A stretch of DNA of 64,000 nt from Eledone cirrhosa (lineage: Eukaryota). The position numbers and the translations under genes are program-made. Of the stretch, positions 1 through 15,036 are shown piece by piece. Position 1 is the first letter of the stretch. Every line of letters starts with the position of its first letter. The stretch is from positions 377,456,001-377,520,000 of the forward strand of contig OZ024743.1 in the NCBI GenBank assembly GCA_964016885.1, given 5' to 3'. The notes below the pieces were generated by a model. The model was given only the letters and a program-made list of their open reading frames with translations. It had not been told where the DNA came from and did no database searches.

Positions 1-1807
1 CTGCCTTGACAAAGGCTAAGGGGTCATCTCTATGTATGTATGTATGTACATACATACATACATACATACATACATACATACATACATACATACATACATA
101 CATACATACGCATATAATATGCAACATCACTCTTTAGTAATTTCTAAATACATACACATATATATATATATGTATAGTCTGCTTGTTAATAGGCATTTGC
201 GTGGGTGAATGTGTTGAGTATTTGTTGAATAGCGTGTCCGAGGACAACGAAGAAAGACAGAACTCCATAATCTATGGCAACTCCTTGGGATCAGAATCAT
301 TCAGAAATAGTAGGTTCAGATTCGTGTGAAGGAATAGTGAATTTTTAAGTGCTAGGTTATTTTATAAGTGGGAACCCGTAACTCATAGCGGCGTCTTAGT
401 GGAACCCATCCTCACTTCAGGTCTAAAAACAGCCGGTTTCTTCCGGAAAAGAAGAGAGCGAATAAAAGCGACATTGAGAAAGAGATATGGAAAAAGAATC
501 TGCCCTAGTACCGGATTAGTAGTTTCTTGAAGGAATAAAAGGCAAAGTTGAACTCGCAGGGATTTTACCTCAGAAAACGCAGAGCTGCTGGAACGTATCC
601 CGCAAAGCATTCTATCAGACGTTCTATCGACTATCAATTTGCTGCTTGTTAGGTTATTTGAAGAACATGTATTTAGGAGAACCTAGTTTTCTAATGGTAG
701 ATGTATTCAGTGTAAAATGCCCTTTTTAACTCGTGTAACACTTAGAGCCAGATTTAGGAAGAGGAATAAAATACGTTATGAACTGAGAGATACGTATATA
801 TGTTAGAAGCGTGTTGAAGTTTGCTGTGGTTGATTAACAGAATCTATTATAGTAGATGTAGAGGAAGCAGAAAAAAGACGAACCAGAAACGTTGATTTTT
901 TTTTAATTAAAAAGTTGCCTTATCAGCCAGGTGATTAGCGTTCTACTCAATCTGTTCTGAGATCCAAGTATTTGTAGGAAGTGCACGTACATATGAGAAT
1001 GACACTGTGTGTATGGACCCACAACTCTTTATGTAGTCGTAGCGACGCCGTTGTGACATACAGCTTGTCTTGGGCATTTTAAACCTGGCAGAGCCCATTA
1101 CTTCTCCATTTCTGAACAACACCAATTTCTCCCAGAGAAGGAGAAAAAGAGAATGATAGAGAAGAAGCATGAAAGAGATATAGAAGAAGAATTGACCCCG
1201 GTACTGGACTGGTATTTTTTTATCGACTACGAAAGGATGAAAAGCAAAGTTGACATCGGTGAGTTTTGAACTCAAAGCGCAGAGCCGGAAGGAATACTAC
1301 AAAGCAATCTATGCAACGCTCTATCAACTCTGCCAATTCAATGAAAATAACATTACAAAACAGTAAAAAAAATTCCCTATTGCATTGGTCTCAAATATTT
1401 ATTAACTAGGAATAAAAAGTTCTATTTTCCCTGTAAATAAACTTCTAACTCTTTAATTACAGGTAAGAAACATTTCATAAACCAGACATTAGAACGTTCC
1501 CTCTTTCTGTGTAAACTTTGTACGTTTTTATTTCTACATCCAAACGTTTTATACTGTCTCTGTACGTTTACACAGCTCAGAAATTATCTATGTAACTCTT
1601 TATCGGGTTCTCTCTCTTCTCGACTCATAAAAACTAACTACGACTGTCACTCGCAACCGAATATGATCTGGTAGTATGTATCATACTTTCAAGGCAGTGA
1701 ATTGGAAAAATCGTTAGAACGTTGGATAGAATGCTCTCTGAATTCAAATCCTGTCTTTCATCTTTTCGAGGTCGATAAAAAAAAGTACCCGTCTTGTATT
1801 GGGATCG

Positions 1808-1915
<108 letters not shown>

Positions 1916-2760
1916 TTTCTATCCTCCTCTGGAAGAAATCTACTGTACTCAGGTTTGGAGAGAGACGGGCTCTGCCAGCTTTTAAAATGTCCAAGAAACG
2001 CTGTATATCAATACGATGCCCCTACGACTCCATCAAGAGTTACGTGACCATACTATACCATACCATGATTTTACTAGGTGGCTTAGTGGTTAGGTTGTTG
2101 AGCTCAGTATAATAAGGTCGTGGCTTTATATTTCCAGACCGGGTGGTGCATTGTATCCTTAAGCAAGGCATTTTATTTAACTTTCACGCTGCTCCAGTTC
2201 TGTCAACTTAAAATAAATACCAGCGACAGTTGAGGGCTAGCCATATGACGGACCCCTCCCATCAAATGGGGTTTGGGACTCTCTGTCATTTAATTCCTCG
2301 TGAAATCGGTATAAGCCTCAGCCTTCGACCAACCCTCAAGCATGGAAAGACGGGCGCAAAAACAATGATTTATGACTCACTTCGTGTTAGCAAGAATAAT
2401 AAAGTTATTAAAGAAAGAGTGATTTTTAAAGAGAATATTTTCTAGAGTAATACTGTGAAAAAGAGGGAACATTATAAATAATTACACAACAATAACTTCT
2501 GAGTTGAACACAAAGGATGTGGAAATGGAGTTTGGGGTGTTACAGTGGAGCGGCAGATGGCTGATTTCTGAAAAGATGTTTGCTAATTGTAATTAAAGTT
2601 TTATAAGTTTATTTGCAGGAAAAATTACATTTCTCCTCAAAGCTAACAAATGTTTCAATCCGTTGTAACAGAGGAATTTTCACTATTCTGAAATATTATT
2701 TTTAGAAAGTGAGCAAGAGGGCGATAAAATACACACAAACAAATACGTACACTCATAAAC

Positions 2761-4352
<1,592 letters not shown>

Positions 4353-4413
4353 TATATATATATATATATATATATATTTACACACACGTATATAATATGT
4401 ATGCGTATATATA

Positions 4414-4563
<150 letters not shown>

Positions 4564-4601
4564 TACATATATATTTATATATATACATATATACATATAT
4601 A

Positions 4602-6363
4602 GAATAAGTAAAAGCGAAGTAGTTTCAGATGTTCAAGTCCTTTAATAATAATGCTGTGATATATATTTCAACGGCGACACTGGCCACACTGTTCTGTGTG
4701 CGAGTGTCGTGACATCATCAGACAGCTTGTTACATAATAAGGTTGTTTCCGAGGCAATCCAAATTGAATCGACATGGGAACGGATGAAGTTCGTGCTTTT
4801 GGGTTTTTCATCCGTTCCCTTGTGAGTACCAATTCACCCCCACCGGTCTGCGCAAGCGCATGTCCGAAGGAAGTTGACCATTAGCACCGCAGATTTCAAC
4901 GAAATTCGCTGTCAGTGGCCCACCTATGCCTTGCCAAAGTTTACTGCTACCCATCGCTACTGTGGCAGTCAGCCGAAATCCAGAGGACTTGAACATCTGA
5001 AACTACTTCGCTTTTCCTTATTCGATATTTACTCCGTCACTCCTATGTGGAAAAGGTACGTTGAGTGCTTGAATTGAATTGCATCAATGTTTACCCTAAT
5101 AATTTAGCTCCGATTAGTTGAGCGCTCTATGATGTAACCGATACGGTGGAGAAGAGAGGAACCAACCAAGAGCTACCCCGGAAATCCCCTATACCATGGG
5201 GATGAAAAAAACCCTGACACTGGACGGGCAGGATAAATACGCGGCAACAAAAAATAAGATAAACCCCTATTTTCCTGCACCAAATCGCATTTGAACAGAG
5301 GCCCCCTCAATTCATTCTATACATGGACAATCATATGGATCATTTTACATATATGTACTCTGTGTTTTTGCATTTATTCACTATTGTCTCTGTTCTTTTC
5401 TTATCTTTTGTGTACTTTATGTCTGTTTTTCTTTGATTCTGTTCCATGTGATGGAAAGTATGACCGTGTAACAGATTGACTAATGCCTTGAACCATGTGG
5501 TTTGCCCTCCGTTATAATGTACGGCACTGTCGTTCAATATCTGGATAGAGTAACTGTAACACTAGAATCCCTCCCAGAACATATTACTTAAACATCTCTC
5601 TCCATATTATTTACTCACTTCAATCTATATTTTTACTCAATCCGAATTATCACTTGAAAAAAAATTTTGTATTTAGAATTTTTGAATTCTTTATTGTTTA
5701 ATTTATAATCTCTGCTATTTGATTTAGGATTTTAACTTTAATTTTAATTTTTATTCCCAACTCTCACTCTTAACTTACAATGTAAAACCATAGTACCTAG
5801 AATTCAGTTTATTTTCCCTTATGAGTTGATGGTCAGTCTTACTGTCAACGCTTAATGAAAGGTAGTATTATGACCTATAAAAACTAACACCCTCCCATCC
5901 CCTCTGGCTTTCGGCTGACTGCCACAGTTGCGATGGGTAGCAGTAAACTTTGGCAAGGCATAGGTGGGCCACTGACAGCGAATTTCGTTGAAATCTGCGG
6001 TGCTAATGGTCAACTTCCTTCGGACATGCGCTTGCGCAGACCGGTGGGGGTGAGTTGGTACTCAAAAGGGAACGGATGAAAAACCCAAAAGCACGAACTT
6101 CATCCGTTCCCATGTCGATACAATTTGGATTGCCTCGGAAACAACCTTATTATGTAACAAGCTGTCTGATGGTGTCACGACACTCGCACACAGAACAGTG
6201 TGGCCAGTGTCGTCATTGAAATATATATCACAGCATTATTATTAAAGGACTCGAACATCTGAAACTACTTCGCTTTTATTTATTCGATATTTACTCCGTC
6301 CCTCCTATGTGGAAAAAGTACGTTGAGTGCTTGAATTGAATTGCATCAATATTTACCCTAATA
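4602..6363. mobile_element. Non-coding PLE-type element: ~1262-bp period plus inverted arm
   Basis: 4602-4977 is the inverse of ~5905-6282. 4984-5101 is directly repeated at 6246-6363. Flanked by (TA)n. Confidence 0.85.
4653..4726 (-). ncRNA. Type I hammerhead motif (plus-strand copy 6161-6234 has an A9G change)
   Basis: GCTGT CTGATGA ..CGACACT...AGTGTCG.. GAAA TATATA TC ACAGC. Confidence 0.8.
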
Positions 6364-6393
6364 TTTACATATATATATATATATATTTATATA

Positions 6394-6491
<98 letters not shown>

Positions 6492-6553
6492 AATACACAT
6501 ATATATATATATAAATATATATATACGCATACATATTATATATATATATATAC

Positions 6554-6613
<60 letters not shown>

Positions 6614-6663
6614 GTATATATACATATATATATATACACACACACACACATATATATATATAC

Positions 6664-6861
<198 letters not shown>

Positions 6862-6903
6862 GTATATATATATATATATATATAATATGTATGCGTATAT
6901 ATA

Positions 6904-6978
<75 letters not shown>

Positions 6979-7657
6979 ATATATATATATGTATATATAT
7001 ATACTTCCGGATAATAAAACGATGTAAATTCTCGCAACAGAAACAACCTGCTCTATAAAATTGGATTAAAGAACACTGAGCCGCAACAAGCTATAATAAT
7101 TTAACTTAATACATCAAACATCCAATACGGAATCATCGTTAATTATGTGAAGGACATATAAACTATATATTACGTTTCCTGAATTGTGAAAATGGTGGTG
7201 TATACAAAAACCATAACATTATTTTGCTTCTCATTTATACTATTTCTCTGCACACAAGCTTCTTTATCATACACTAAAAATACCTTACCACTACAACCTC
7301 CATAATACTCTTGATTACCCGCTTAAAGTACTTGTATTGCATATAACTCCCTGTCGCACAATAATCAAATATAAATAAGACACACGTGCATGCCCCACGT
7401 GTAACTAATGCATACAATAACTACTACAACTGACTAACAAAATGTCCTCTTGCATTATCTACGTTAACTGCCGATGTTGTATTTTAATTTTAATTTTGCT
7501 TTGATTCTGTTTTAATATGATTTTAATTTTTGAATTTAAATTGCCATTCAGAAATAATATAATATATGTCACCCCACTGTGCATCAATATATACATATGT
7601 ATCTGTATGTCTCTTGCGTTGGAAAGGAGGTCATGAATGTATACAAACATTAAATAA

Positions 7658-7710
7658 TGCTCCGAAGACTCCAAGCTTCGGTTTGGATGAAACAATTGTA
7701 AGCTAATAAA
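7658..7710 (+). ncRNA. Hammerhead motif (C4 variant) followed by AATAAA
   Basis: GCT CCGAAGA c TCCAAGC TTCG GTTTGGA t GAAA CAATTG TA AGC. The downstream sequence 7738-7905 recurs at 40923-41092. Confidence 0.72.
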
Positions 7711-7904
7711 TGGTTTGAACATAACTTTCATTCCTGTGAATTCTATATAACTGCTCTGTAGAACTACTGATGTTATTATATTGAGCTATTTATCTTACTG
7801 GTAATAAGGTAGTAATAAATTACTATCTTTCACTGTTTAGGGTTTAAAATATATATAACTATAAAAAGTTTTAGTATATACATAACCATAAATAGTATCC
7901 TTAA

Positions 7905-7968
<64 letters not shown>

Positions 7969-8069
7969 ATATTTATATAGTGAGAGAGATATATAGAGAG
8001 AGATGGGGAAGGAGAGAGACTGCGGCGCCAAGCGGTTTCAGTTTCTGTGTTCAGAAAACCTTCTCAAGA

Positions 8070-8104
<35 letters not shown>

Positions 8105-8113
8105 CCTCCCCCC

Positions 8114-8144
<31 letters not shown>

Positions 8145-9788
8145 TTCTCACTCTCTCTCTCTCCCTCTCTCTCTTTCTCACTCTCTCTCTCTCTCTGGTG
8201 GTGGTGTTGGTGCTGGTGGTGAGGTTGGTGCTGGTGCTGGTGATGATGGTGGTGCTAGTTCGGGTGGTAATGATGGTGATGCTAGTGGTGCTGGTATTGG
8301 TGGTGGTGGTGGTTTTCTACCGGTTCCAAGCAGTTACATATTAATTATTGAAACAACTTAGTGTTTTAATTATTTCAATATTTTCTAGATTAGTCGACCA
8401 AGGTACCAATTAGCAGTATTAAAATATCCAATATGGCTTCAATTGAGTCGAAATGAGAAGAAATAATAAATAGAATCACCTTTATGGATATTTGTCAATT
8501 CTTAGATATTCTGCTTTACTTGCTATTAGTTTTAGATAATTATCCAACAAAAATTACTTTTATGGTGAAGGGTTGTGAGAAAATGTCTTTAGTTTTATTA
8601 GATTTACTATAAAAACAGATTCGTTTTTCAACGAATTCTGAAAGCAAATTTCGGTCATATTGACTAATCATTCGAATCTATGACCGACAAATATATGAAA
8701 CGGAACAGAAATCATTTCCTGTTGATGATTGCCTTCTAAATGACAGGTTGTCTTTCAGATGAAGGTTCATGGTGAAGATAGGAGGACATTACTAACAAAT
8801 TCGATCGATATGTCATCAACAACAACAAAAAAAAACAACTACCGAGAAACACGCCTTATCTAGTGTACAAAGGTTCGCATACGATTTTACGACCACACAG
8901 ATACTAATTCGATAACTCACTTCTTGCATTAATACTCAGATAATTCATTGGCCAAATCATTGCTAAGGAATATATAAACAGTGTCTTGTTTTATTACTAC
9001 TGACCTTTTTTTTTCATTCTTTTCATCTTTCTATTATGCGTTTTTCTTTTCAACTCTACACTTTTTCATATAACTTGTCTGATTCGTGCCCCGTATTTTT
9101 TGTTATATATCTTTCTCTATATTTATCTTTCTCATGTATTTTAATGATTTTTAAAGGAGATATAAATTGTTTTGGTACATATTGGTAGACATAGTCCCTT
9201 CTCTTACATTTATACAAATTATATGTATTCCGGCATCTACTTATTAACATATTCCTATTTGTTGCTACTCTGTTTCTGCATTTTTTTTACTCAACAAAAA
9301 GCAACAGAATACACGAATCTCTTGTTTTATTACCTACTTATGTCGAATTTTTTTCTCCTGAACAAGTTTAGTCTTTAACATATCTTCTCTTCGTTTCAAT
9401 TTATTACTTTTCAAGAGGAAATAGTACAGCACATTTACTAGGTTCAACTTTAATGATATCAATCAAACCTATTTGATATAAATTCCGACCTAAGTCAAGG
9501 ACTTTTGTCTAGTTTTCTTGAAGCTTAAGACGCTCCTACAATATAACAATTCAATTTGTTTTGCACAGAATCTGTTTTACGATAATGAAACACAATCTAG
9601 GTTAACTGAAATAATTTCACATCAATTGGTCCTCATCAGCGTTCTTTAGTTACTTTCCTTCCTACTGATCACTTTCTATTACTTTAGAAACGAAAACGGA
9701 CTTTCATGTACTAGCTGGATCATTAAACGACTGAATCTTTGATTTTATTGCAATTAGAATAAGACTGAATAAATAAAAGTTAATTCTT

Positions 9789-9835
<47 letters not shown>

Positions 9836-9912
9836 AATATATGTATATATATATGTAATATATGTAATATATGTAATATATGTAATATATATATATGTGT
9901 AATATATGTATG

Positions 9913-9954
<42 letters not shown>

Positions 9955-10109
9955 TGCCTGCGCGCGCGTGTGTATAGCAAAATTAAAGATATATATATAA
10001 AACATAATTTTATGTGGGGAATCATATATGGAATGTATATATGTATATATATATATAGAGAGAGAGAGAGAGGGAGAGAGAGAGAGAGAGGGGGAGAGAG
10101 AGAGAGAGT

Positions 10110-10167
<58 letters not shown>

Positions 10168-10261
10168 TGCGAGAAGGAGCGAGAGAGAGTGAGAGACAGA
10201 GACAACGAGAGAGAGATTATTTATTATGGCTAAGCTCAAGTCTTGTTAAAATTGAGCTTAA

Positions 10262-10299
<38 letters not shown>

Positions 10300-10424
10300 T
10301 GCAGGAGAGAAGCTAGAATAAGATAAAACACAATAAACGAAATAAAACTTGAACCGTACACACTACAACCCACTATACATACAAATATGTCGATTTCGAT
10401 ACACCAACGTATATATATATATAT

Positions 10425-11263
10425 AAGTATGTGTACGTGCATACATATATGTATACAGACATACAGTAGTATGTATATATATACATACATGCACACATAT
10501 ATATATGTACGTATGGATTTACCAAACATTTATTATAATGCTCGGTTTGTTTGTAAACAAACATCCCGAATTAAGCCGTAGTGTCTAGCAACCATCGTTG
10601 CCCTTTTTGTTCAACACTGACAAAGGAACGATGTACTAGTTTCAAGCTTATTAGCTATCGTCAGCACCGTATACCTTCCTGCCACCGTATACCTTTCCTT
10701 ATGCATATTAACGTCTGAGCAGCTACTGTATGTCTGTATACATATATGTATGAACGTACACATACTTATGTTTAAGTAACAGCCGTACTAAGAGTGAGTG
10801 AGAAATGAAATTTCGTTTCATTTTTTCCATTTATCGTTTTCGGTGCGGCCGGCCGATTAACTCACTCGATATGCAAATTAGGCTGCTCAGACTTTAATAT
10901 GCATAAGGAAAGTATATACTTTCAGACGTTCAACAATCTGGCAGGAAGGTATACGGTGCTGACGATAGCTAATAAGCTTGAAACTAGTACATCGTTCCTT
11001 TGTCAGTGTTGAACAAAAAGGGTAACTATGGTTGCTAGACACTGTACGGCTTAATTCGGGATGTTTGTTTACAAACAAACCGAGCATTATAATAAATGTT
11101 TGGTAAATCCATACGTACATATATATATGTGTGCAGGTATGTATATATATACATACTACTGTATGTCTGTATACATATATGTATGTACGTACACATACTT
11201 ATATTTAAGTAACAGCCGTACTAAGAGTGAGAAATGAAATTTCGTTTCATTTTTTCCATTTAT
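10425..11263. mobile_element. ~435-440-bp-unit non-coding hammerhead element (inverted arm + tandem)
   Basis: 10425-10680 is the inverse of ~10940-11200. 10722-10832 is repeated at 11156-11263. The same family occurs at 37505-38010 and 39593-40306. Confidence 0.85.
10954..10994 (+). ncRNA. Minimal hammerhead motif (copies 10629-10669 -, 37767-37807 -, 39985-40025 +)
   Basis: CGRTG CTGACGA t AGC taataa GCT t GAAA CTAG TA CATCG. Confidence 0.85.
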
Positions 11264-11280
11264 ATATATATATATATATA

Positions 11281-11791
11281 TATAAAGAAAAAGGGATGAA
11301 ATCGAAAATGCAACTGAAGTCTTATTTTTTTTTTAAATATATATATTTATTTGGTTCCTTTACCGGTTTCGCAGTTCTTCGGCTTTTCAAAAGGTGAGTT
11401 GAGATGGAGGGTCTGTGGTTTTTCTCACATCTGGTTGGTCTCTAAATGTTACTTGTTTTATATGGAAAAAGTGGCTCGAAAGCCAGGTTTTTCGAGAAGT
11501 AATTTGATTGGTTTGTCAATAATTATAATAAATTTCGCGCCAGTTCGCTTTACAATAGTTCTTCAAATAAGAGAGGGGGGGGGGGTTGTCACAGGTTGTT
11601 TTTTCATATATGAGTGTTTGAATTTCTTTTTACTTGAAAAAATGAGGCTCACGAAGGCTTTTTTTTGGTTGGTTATAAATGAAATTTGGCTGTCACGTGA
11701 ACAAGTTTTCATTACATTTTTGCGCCCTTATTTGGAAAACTATTCTATAGTCTTTATAGTGAATGTTATAACAATGGAGAGATAGTGGTCA
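11281..11791 (-). repeat. 3' pseudo-LTR of Neptune-like PLE
   Basis: Near-identical to 16265-16773. A fragment of it also occurs at ~55921-56058. Confidence 0.92.
11357..11394 (-). ncRNA. Atypical minimal hammerhead-like motif in pLTR (second copy 16341-16378)
   Basis: CCTT..CCGAAGA actgc GAAA CCGG TA AAGG. Palindromic helix III (ACCGGT). Helix II is nearly absent and helix I is bulged. Confidence 0.5.
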
Positions 11792-11908
11792 AGGGAAAAG
11801 GGATTGGGAGAAATGTTCTGGTTCAGTGAATATGGCCAGCTGTCAGAGTTCAGGTGTCAGAGTTCAGATTTTCTATTGAGACTGAAGATATGTGTTTATT
11901 TGTGTGCT

Positions 11909-11939
<31 letters not shown>

Positions 11940-11950
11940 ATGTGTGTATT

Positions 11951-12573
11951 GGAAGATGATTCTATTAGTAGAGATGGGGGAGGGAGTTGTGTGTGTGTGT
12001 ATATGGGTGTTATGTGTGTGTGTGCGAGTATGTTAAGATGGAGAGAATATATATTTTGTGTGTGTGTATATATATATGTGTGTAGGAAAGTGGTTCTATT
12101 AGTAGAAATGGGGAGGGAGTTGTAGGTGTGGGGGTTGTTATGTGTGTGTATGGGTGTTATGTGTGTGGGAGTATGGTTGGCATGTTAAGATGAAGAGAAT
12201 ATATATATGTATATTGTGTGTGTGTGTATGTGTGTGTGTAGGAAAGTGATTCCTTTAGTAGGAAGATGATTCTATTAGTAGAGATGGGGGAGGGACTTGT
12301 GTGTGTGTGTATATGGGTGTTATGTGTGTGTGTGCGAGTATGTTAAGATGGAGAGAATATATATTTTGTGTGTGTGTATATATATATGTGTGTAGGAAAG
12401 TGGTTCTATTAATAGAAATGGGGAGGGTGTTGTAGGTGTGGGGGTTGTTATGTGTGTGTATGGGTGTTATGTGTGTGGGAGTATGGTTAGCATGTTAAGA
12501 TGAAGAGAATATATATATATATATTGTGTGTGTGTGTATGTGTGTGTGTAGGAAAGTGATTCCTTTAGTAGGA
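11951..12573. repeat. ~310-bp tandem duplication in PLE 3' UTR
   Basis: ggaagatgattctattagtagagatggggg starts at both 11951 and 12261. Confidence 0.85.
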
Positions 12574-12735
12574 ATATTTTTGAATGAACATATTTTCCTG
12601 ACTTTTTCGTGTTTGCTGTTGTATTGCCAGTGCAAACGTATGTTAAGGTTTATTTAGTTCGGGTTTTTATTTTCTAAAGTAGAAGGTGTTATGTGTGTGT
12701 GTGTATGTCATATTGTGGTGTTGACATAATGTATA

Positions 12736-14484
12736 TTAAACCTTATTTAATGTTGGTCTATATTTTTGAATAAACATATTTTCCTTATTTATTCGCATTT
12801 GTTCTGTTGTATTGTTAGCGCAAAGGTAAAATGGGAAGACTTGGAATTTGGGTGTCTTATTACTTGCGCAAATGTCTAGATGTGCACTTAGTGGTATCTG
12901 TCTCGTGGTTGGATCTCGTAATTGTTGGCGATGAACTGTCATTCTGTTTCTGAGTGTGAGTTTAGTTTGTCCTATATAATCTTCATTGCATCCTTTACAT
13001 TTAATGGCATAAAATAGATTTTTTGATGAGCAAGTGAAGTGATTTTTTACAGTAAAATTTTGTCCTGATTTAAATGTATACGTGTTGCCTTCAATGAGGT
13101 GAGTGCAGGTTCCACAATTAGAGCGACCACATTTTTTGATACTTGGTTGTGGGTTTGTGGTAGGTAATTTGGCATTGGTGAGTAATGTTTTCAGTGATTT
13201 TGGTTGTCTTTTGCTTTTGATTATTTTGTGTGTTTCAAGGGCTTTTTTCATTCTTGGGTTTTGTTTTAGTAGTGGGATGTTATTGTGAATAGTGTTGTAA
13301 GCTTCCGCATTTCTTGGGTTGTGTGTTGAGATATATGATAGAATATTGGACGTACCTTGAATTTGTTTCTGTTTCCGTAATTCATCAATGCCTATTGCTT
13401 TAGCCCTTTCTATTCCATTATTTATTAGTAATAGTGGGTACTCTCTCTCAAGTAGAATTTCCTTTAATTCTTGAAGTCTTTTATTTCGCGTTTCATAATT
13501 GGAGACAATTGTGCAAATTCTTCTTGCTAGGTTAAAAGGAATGTTCGTCTTCGTGTGCTTTGGATGGTTGGAGGTGAATAGCAGATATTGTTTGGAATCT
13601 GTTGGTTTGTAGTGTATGTCAGTTTCGATATTTGTGTCTTTTTTTGTGATTAAGATGTCCAGAAATGGGAGTTGATCTTGGCTGTATTCCATTGTGAATT
13701 GGATGTGGTTATTGATGCCGTTTATTAAGTTTTTGAAATCCTTCAGTTGGTCGAGTGTGTGGGACCAAAGAATGAGGCAATCATCCAAGTAGCGTTTCCA
13801 ATTCTCTGATAAATATTTGTGGAAGTTCAATCCGTATTTTGATTTGGACTGTTCATATATCTGGACTTCTAAGTATGCCATGACTAAGTTGGCATAAGTT
13901 GGAGCGGCTTTTGTGCCCATCGCAGTCCCCGATATTTGCTTGTAAGTATTGCCATCGAAATCAAAAAAGTTGTTCTGTAGGATGAATTTTAATCCCTCGG
14001 TGATGAAGCTTTTTTCTATTCTGTCAGGTATCTCATTGGGATATTTCTCTAGCCAGAATCCTATTGCTTCTAGTCCGTATTGGTGTGGGATCGTTGTGTA
14101 GAGATTCACTACATCGAAAGACACAATAATAGTGTCGTTGTTGACATGTTTGGGGAGGTGGTTTAAGAGGTCCAGATCGTCTCTTACAAGGCTTGGTATG
14201 TGTTTCAGTATTGGTTTCAGTAGTATGTCTATAAAGTTGCTCAATCTGTGTGTTTCACATTGTGGGCCCGCTGCAATTGGTCTTAATTTAAGGTCTGTGG
14301 GGTATTGTGTATTCACGCAGGCTGAGGTGGATTGTTTACAGGCATCGTTGATTATTTTACATTTGTGGATCTTCGGAAGTCCGTAAAGGTTGCTGGTTTT
14401 GTATTCAAAATTTGTTAAATAATCGCGTTCCTTTTTAGTTAGGTCTTCCTGGTATCGATAAATCAGTGTGTTTAATTTGGTCAT
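12736..14484 (-). CDS. PLE reverse transcriptase + C-terminal GIY-YIG endonuclease (main part)
   Basis: RT motifs: LYGLPKIHK, LRPIAAG, SFDVVNLYTTIP, QISGTAMGTKAAPTYANL, WKRYLDD, LPFLDI. Linker Cys motif CGRSNCGTC. Endonuclease: NLFYAIKC..DYIGQT..RMTVH. Confidence 0.95.
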   Translation of the reverse strand: MTKLNTLIYRYQEDLTKKERDYLTNFEYKTSNLYGLPKIHKCKIINDACKQSTSACVNTQYPTDLKLRPIAAGPQCETHRLSNFIDILLKPILKHIPSLVRDDLDLLNHLPKHVNNDTIIVSFDVVNLYTTIPHQYGLEAIGFWLEKYPNEIPDRIEKSFITEGLKFILQNNFFDFDGNTYKQISGTAMGTKAAPTYANLVMAYLEVQIYEQSKSKYGLNFHKYLSENWKRYLDDCLILWSHTLDQLKDFKNLINGINNHIQFTMEYSQDQLPFLDILITKKDTNIETDIHYKPTDSKQYLLFTSNHPKHTKTNIPFNLARRICTIVSNYETRNKRLQELKEILLEREYPLLLINNGIERAKAIGIDELRKQKQIQGTSNILSYISTHNPRNAEAYNTIHNNIPLLKQNPRMKKALETHKIIKSKRQPKSLKTLLTNAKLPTTNPQPSIKKCGRSNCGTCTHLIEGNTYTFKSGQNFTVKNHFTCSSKNLFYAIKCKGCNEDYIGQTKLTLRNRMTVHRQQLRDPTTRQIPLSAHLDICASNKTPKFQVFPFYLCANNTTEQMRINKENMFIQKYRPTLNKV

Positions 14485-14490
14485 TATTTT

Positions 14491-15036
14491 TTATTGCTGG
14501 TAGTTTTTTACTCTTTCATAGTAATTAGTATTTTGTAAGAGAGAGAACATAGAATTTTTATATTTTTCAGCCCCCATAATGACAACAGTATTTCCCTTGT
14601 CCGCTTCCTTAATTATAATGTCCGTATTGTTTTTTAGTTCATGGATAATCTCCCATTCCCTTCGACTTGTGTTGGGTTTGGGTTTAGGTTGCGGTAGTTC
14701 ATGGTATGGGAAGGTAGCTATGTGGTCACAAAATTTGTCCAGAACTCTGTTTCTACCTTTTGTTGGGTTGTAGCTGCTTTTATTCCGTACAATTGATTCG
14801 TCGTTATTCTCCTTGTCAAAGAATTCCTCTGTGAGACGTAATTTTCTACAGAAGTGTGAGATATCGTCATTTATCTCGTTGGGGTTAGGATATTGTGGTG
14901 TTGGTGTGAATTTCAGACCTTTGGAGAGAATTTTTACTTGTTGGGCTGAGAGGTTTGTATTTGAAATGTTAATTATTTTCGGTTTTTCAAAATCGGTTTG
15001 TGCCACCGGGTGTCGTGAGTCCTGTAGCCTTGGTCT
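14491..15036 (-). CDS. N-terminal part of the PLE RT frame, separated from 12736-14484 by one in-frame TAA
   Basis: LSKGLKFTPTP and IIIKEADKGNTVVIM are typical PLE N-terminal motifs. It is in the same frame as the downstream ORF. The frame is open upstream past the slippery site and has no ATG before these motifs (the called start is GTG). Confidence 0.85.
   Translation of the reverse strand, partial: RPRLQDSRHPVAQTDFEKPKIINISNTNLSAQQVKILSKGLKFTPTPQYPNPNEINDDISHFCRKLRLTEEFFDKENNDESIVRNKSSYNPTKGRNRVLDKFCDHIATFPYHELPQPKPKPNTSRREWEIIHELKNNTDIIIKEADKGNTVVIMGAEKYKNSMFSLLQNTNYYERVKNYQQ

Noticed and set aside
170-900. Possible ancient retroelement coding remnant
   Set aside because: Only vague motif resemblance and no reconstructable frame.
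9603-9643. Possible minus-strand hammerhead (CTGATGA..GAAA TTATT TC)
   Set aside because: Helices I-III pair poorly and it cannot be distinguished from chance.
11351-11785. 144-aa plus-strand ORF in the pLTR
   Set aside because: It is antisense to the element, has a non-ATG start, and is frameshifted in the second pLTR copy.
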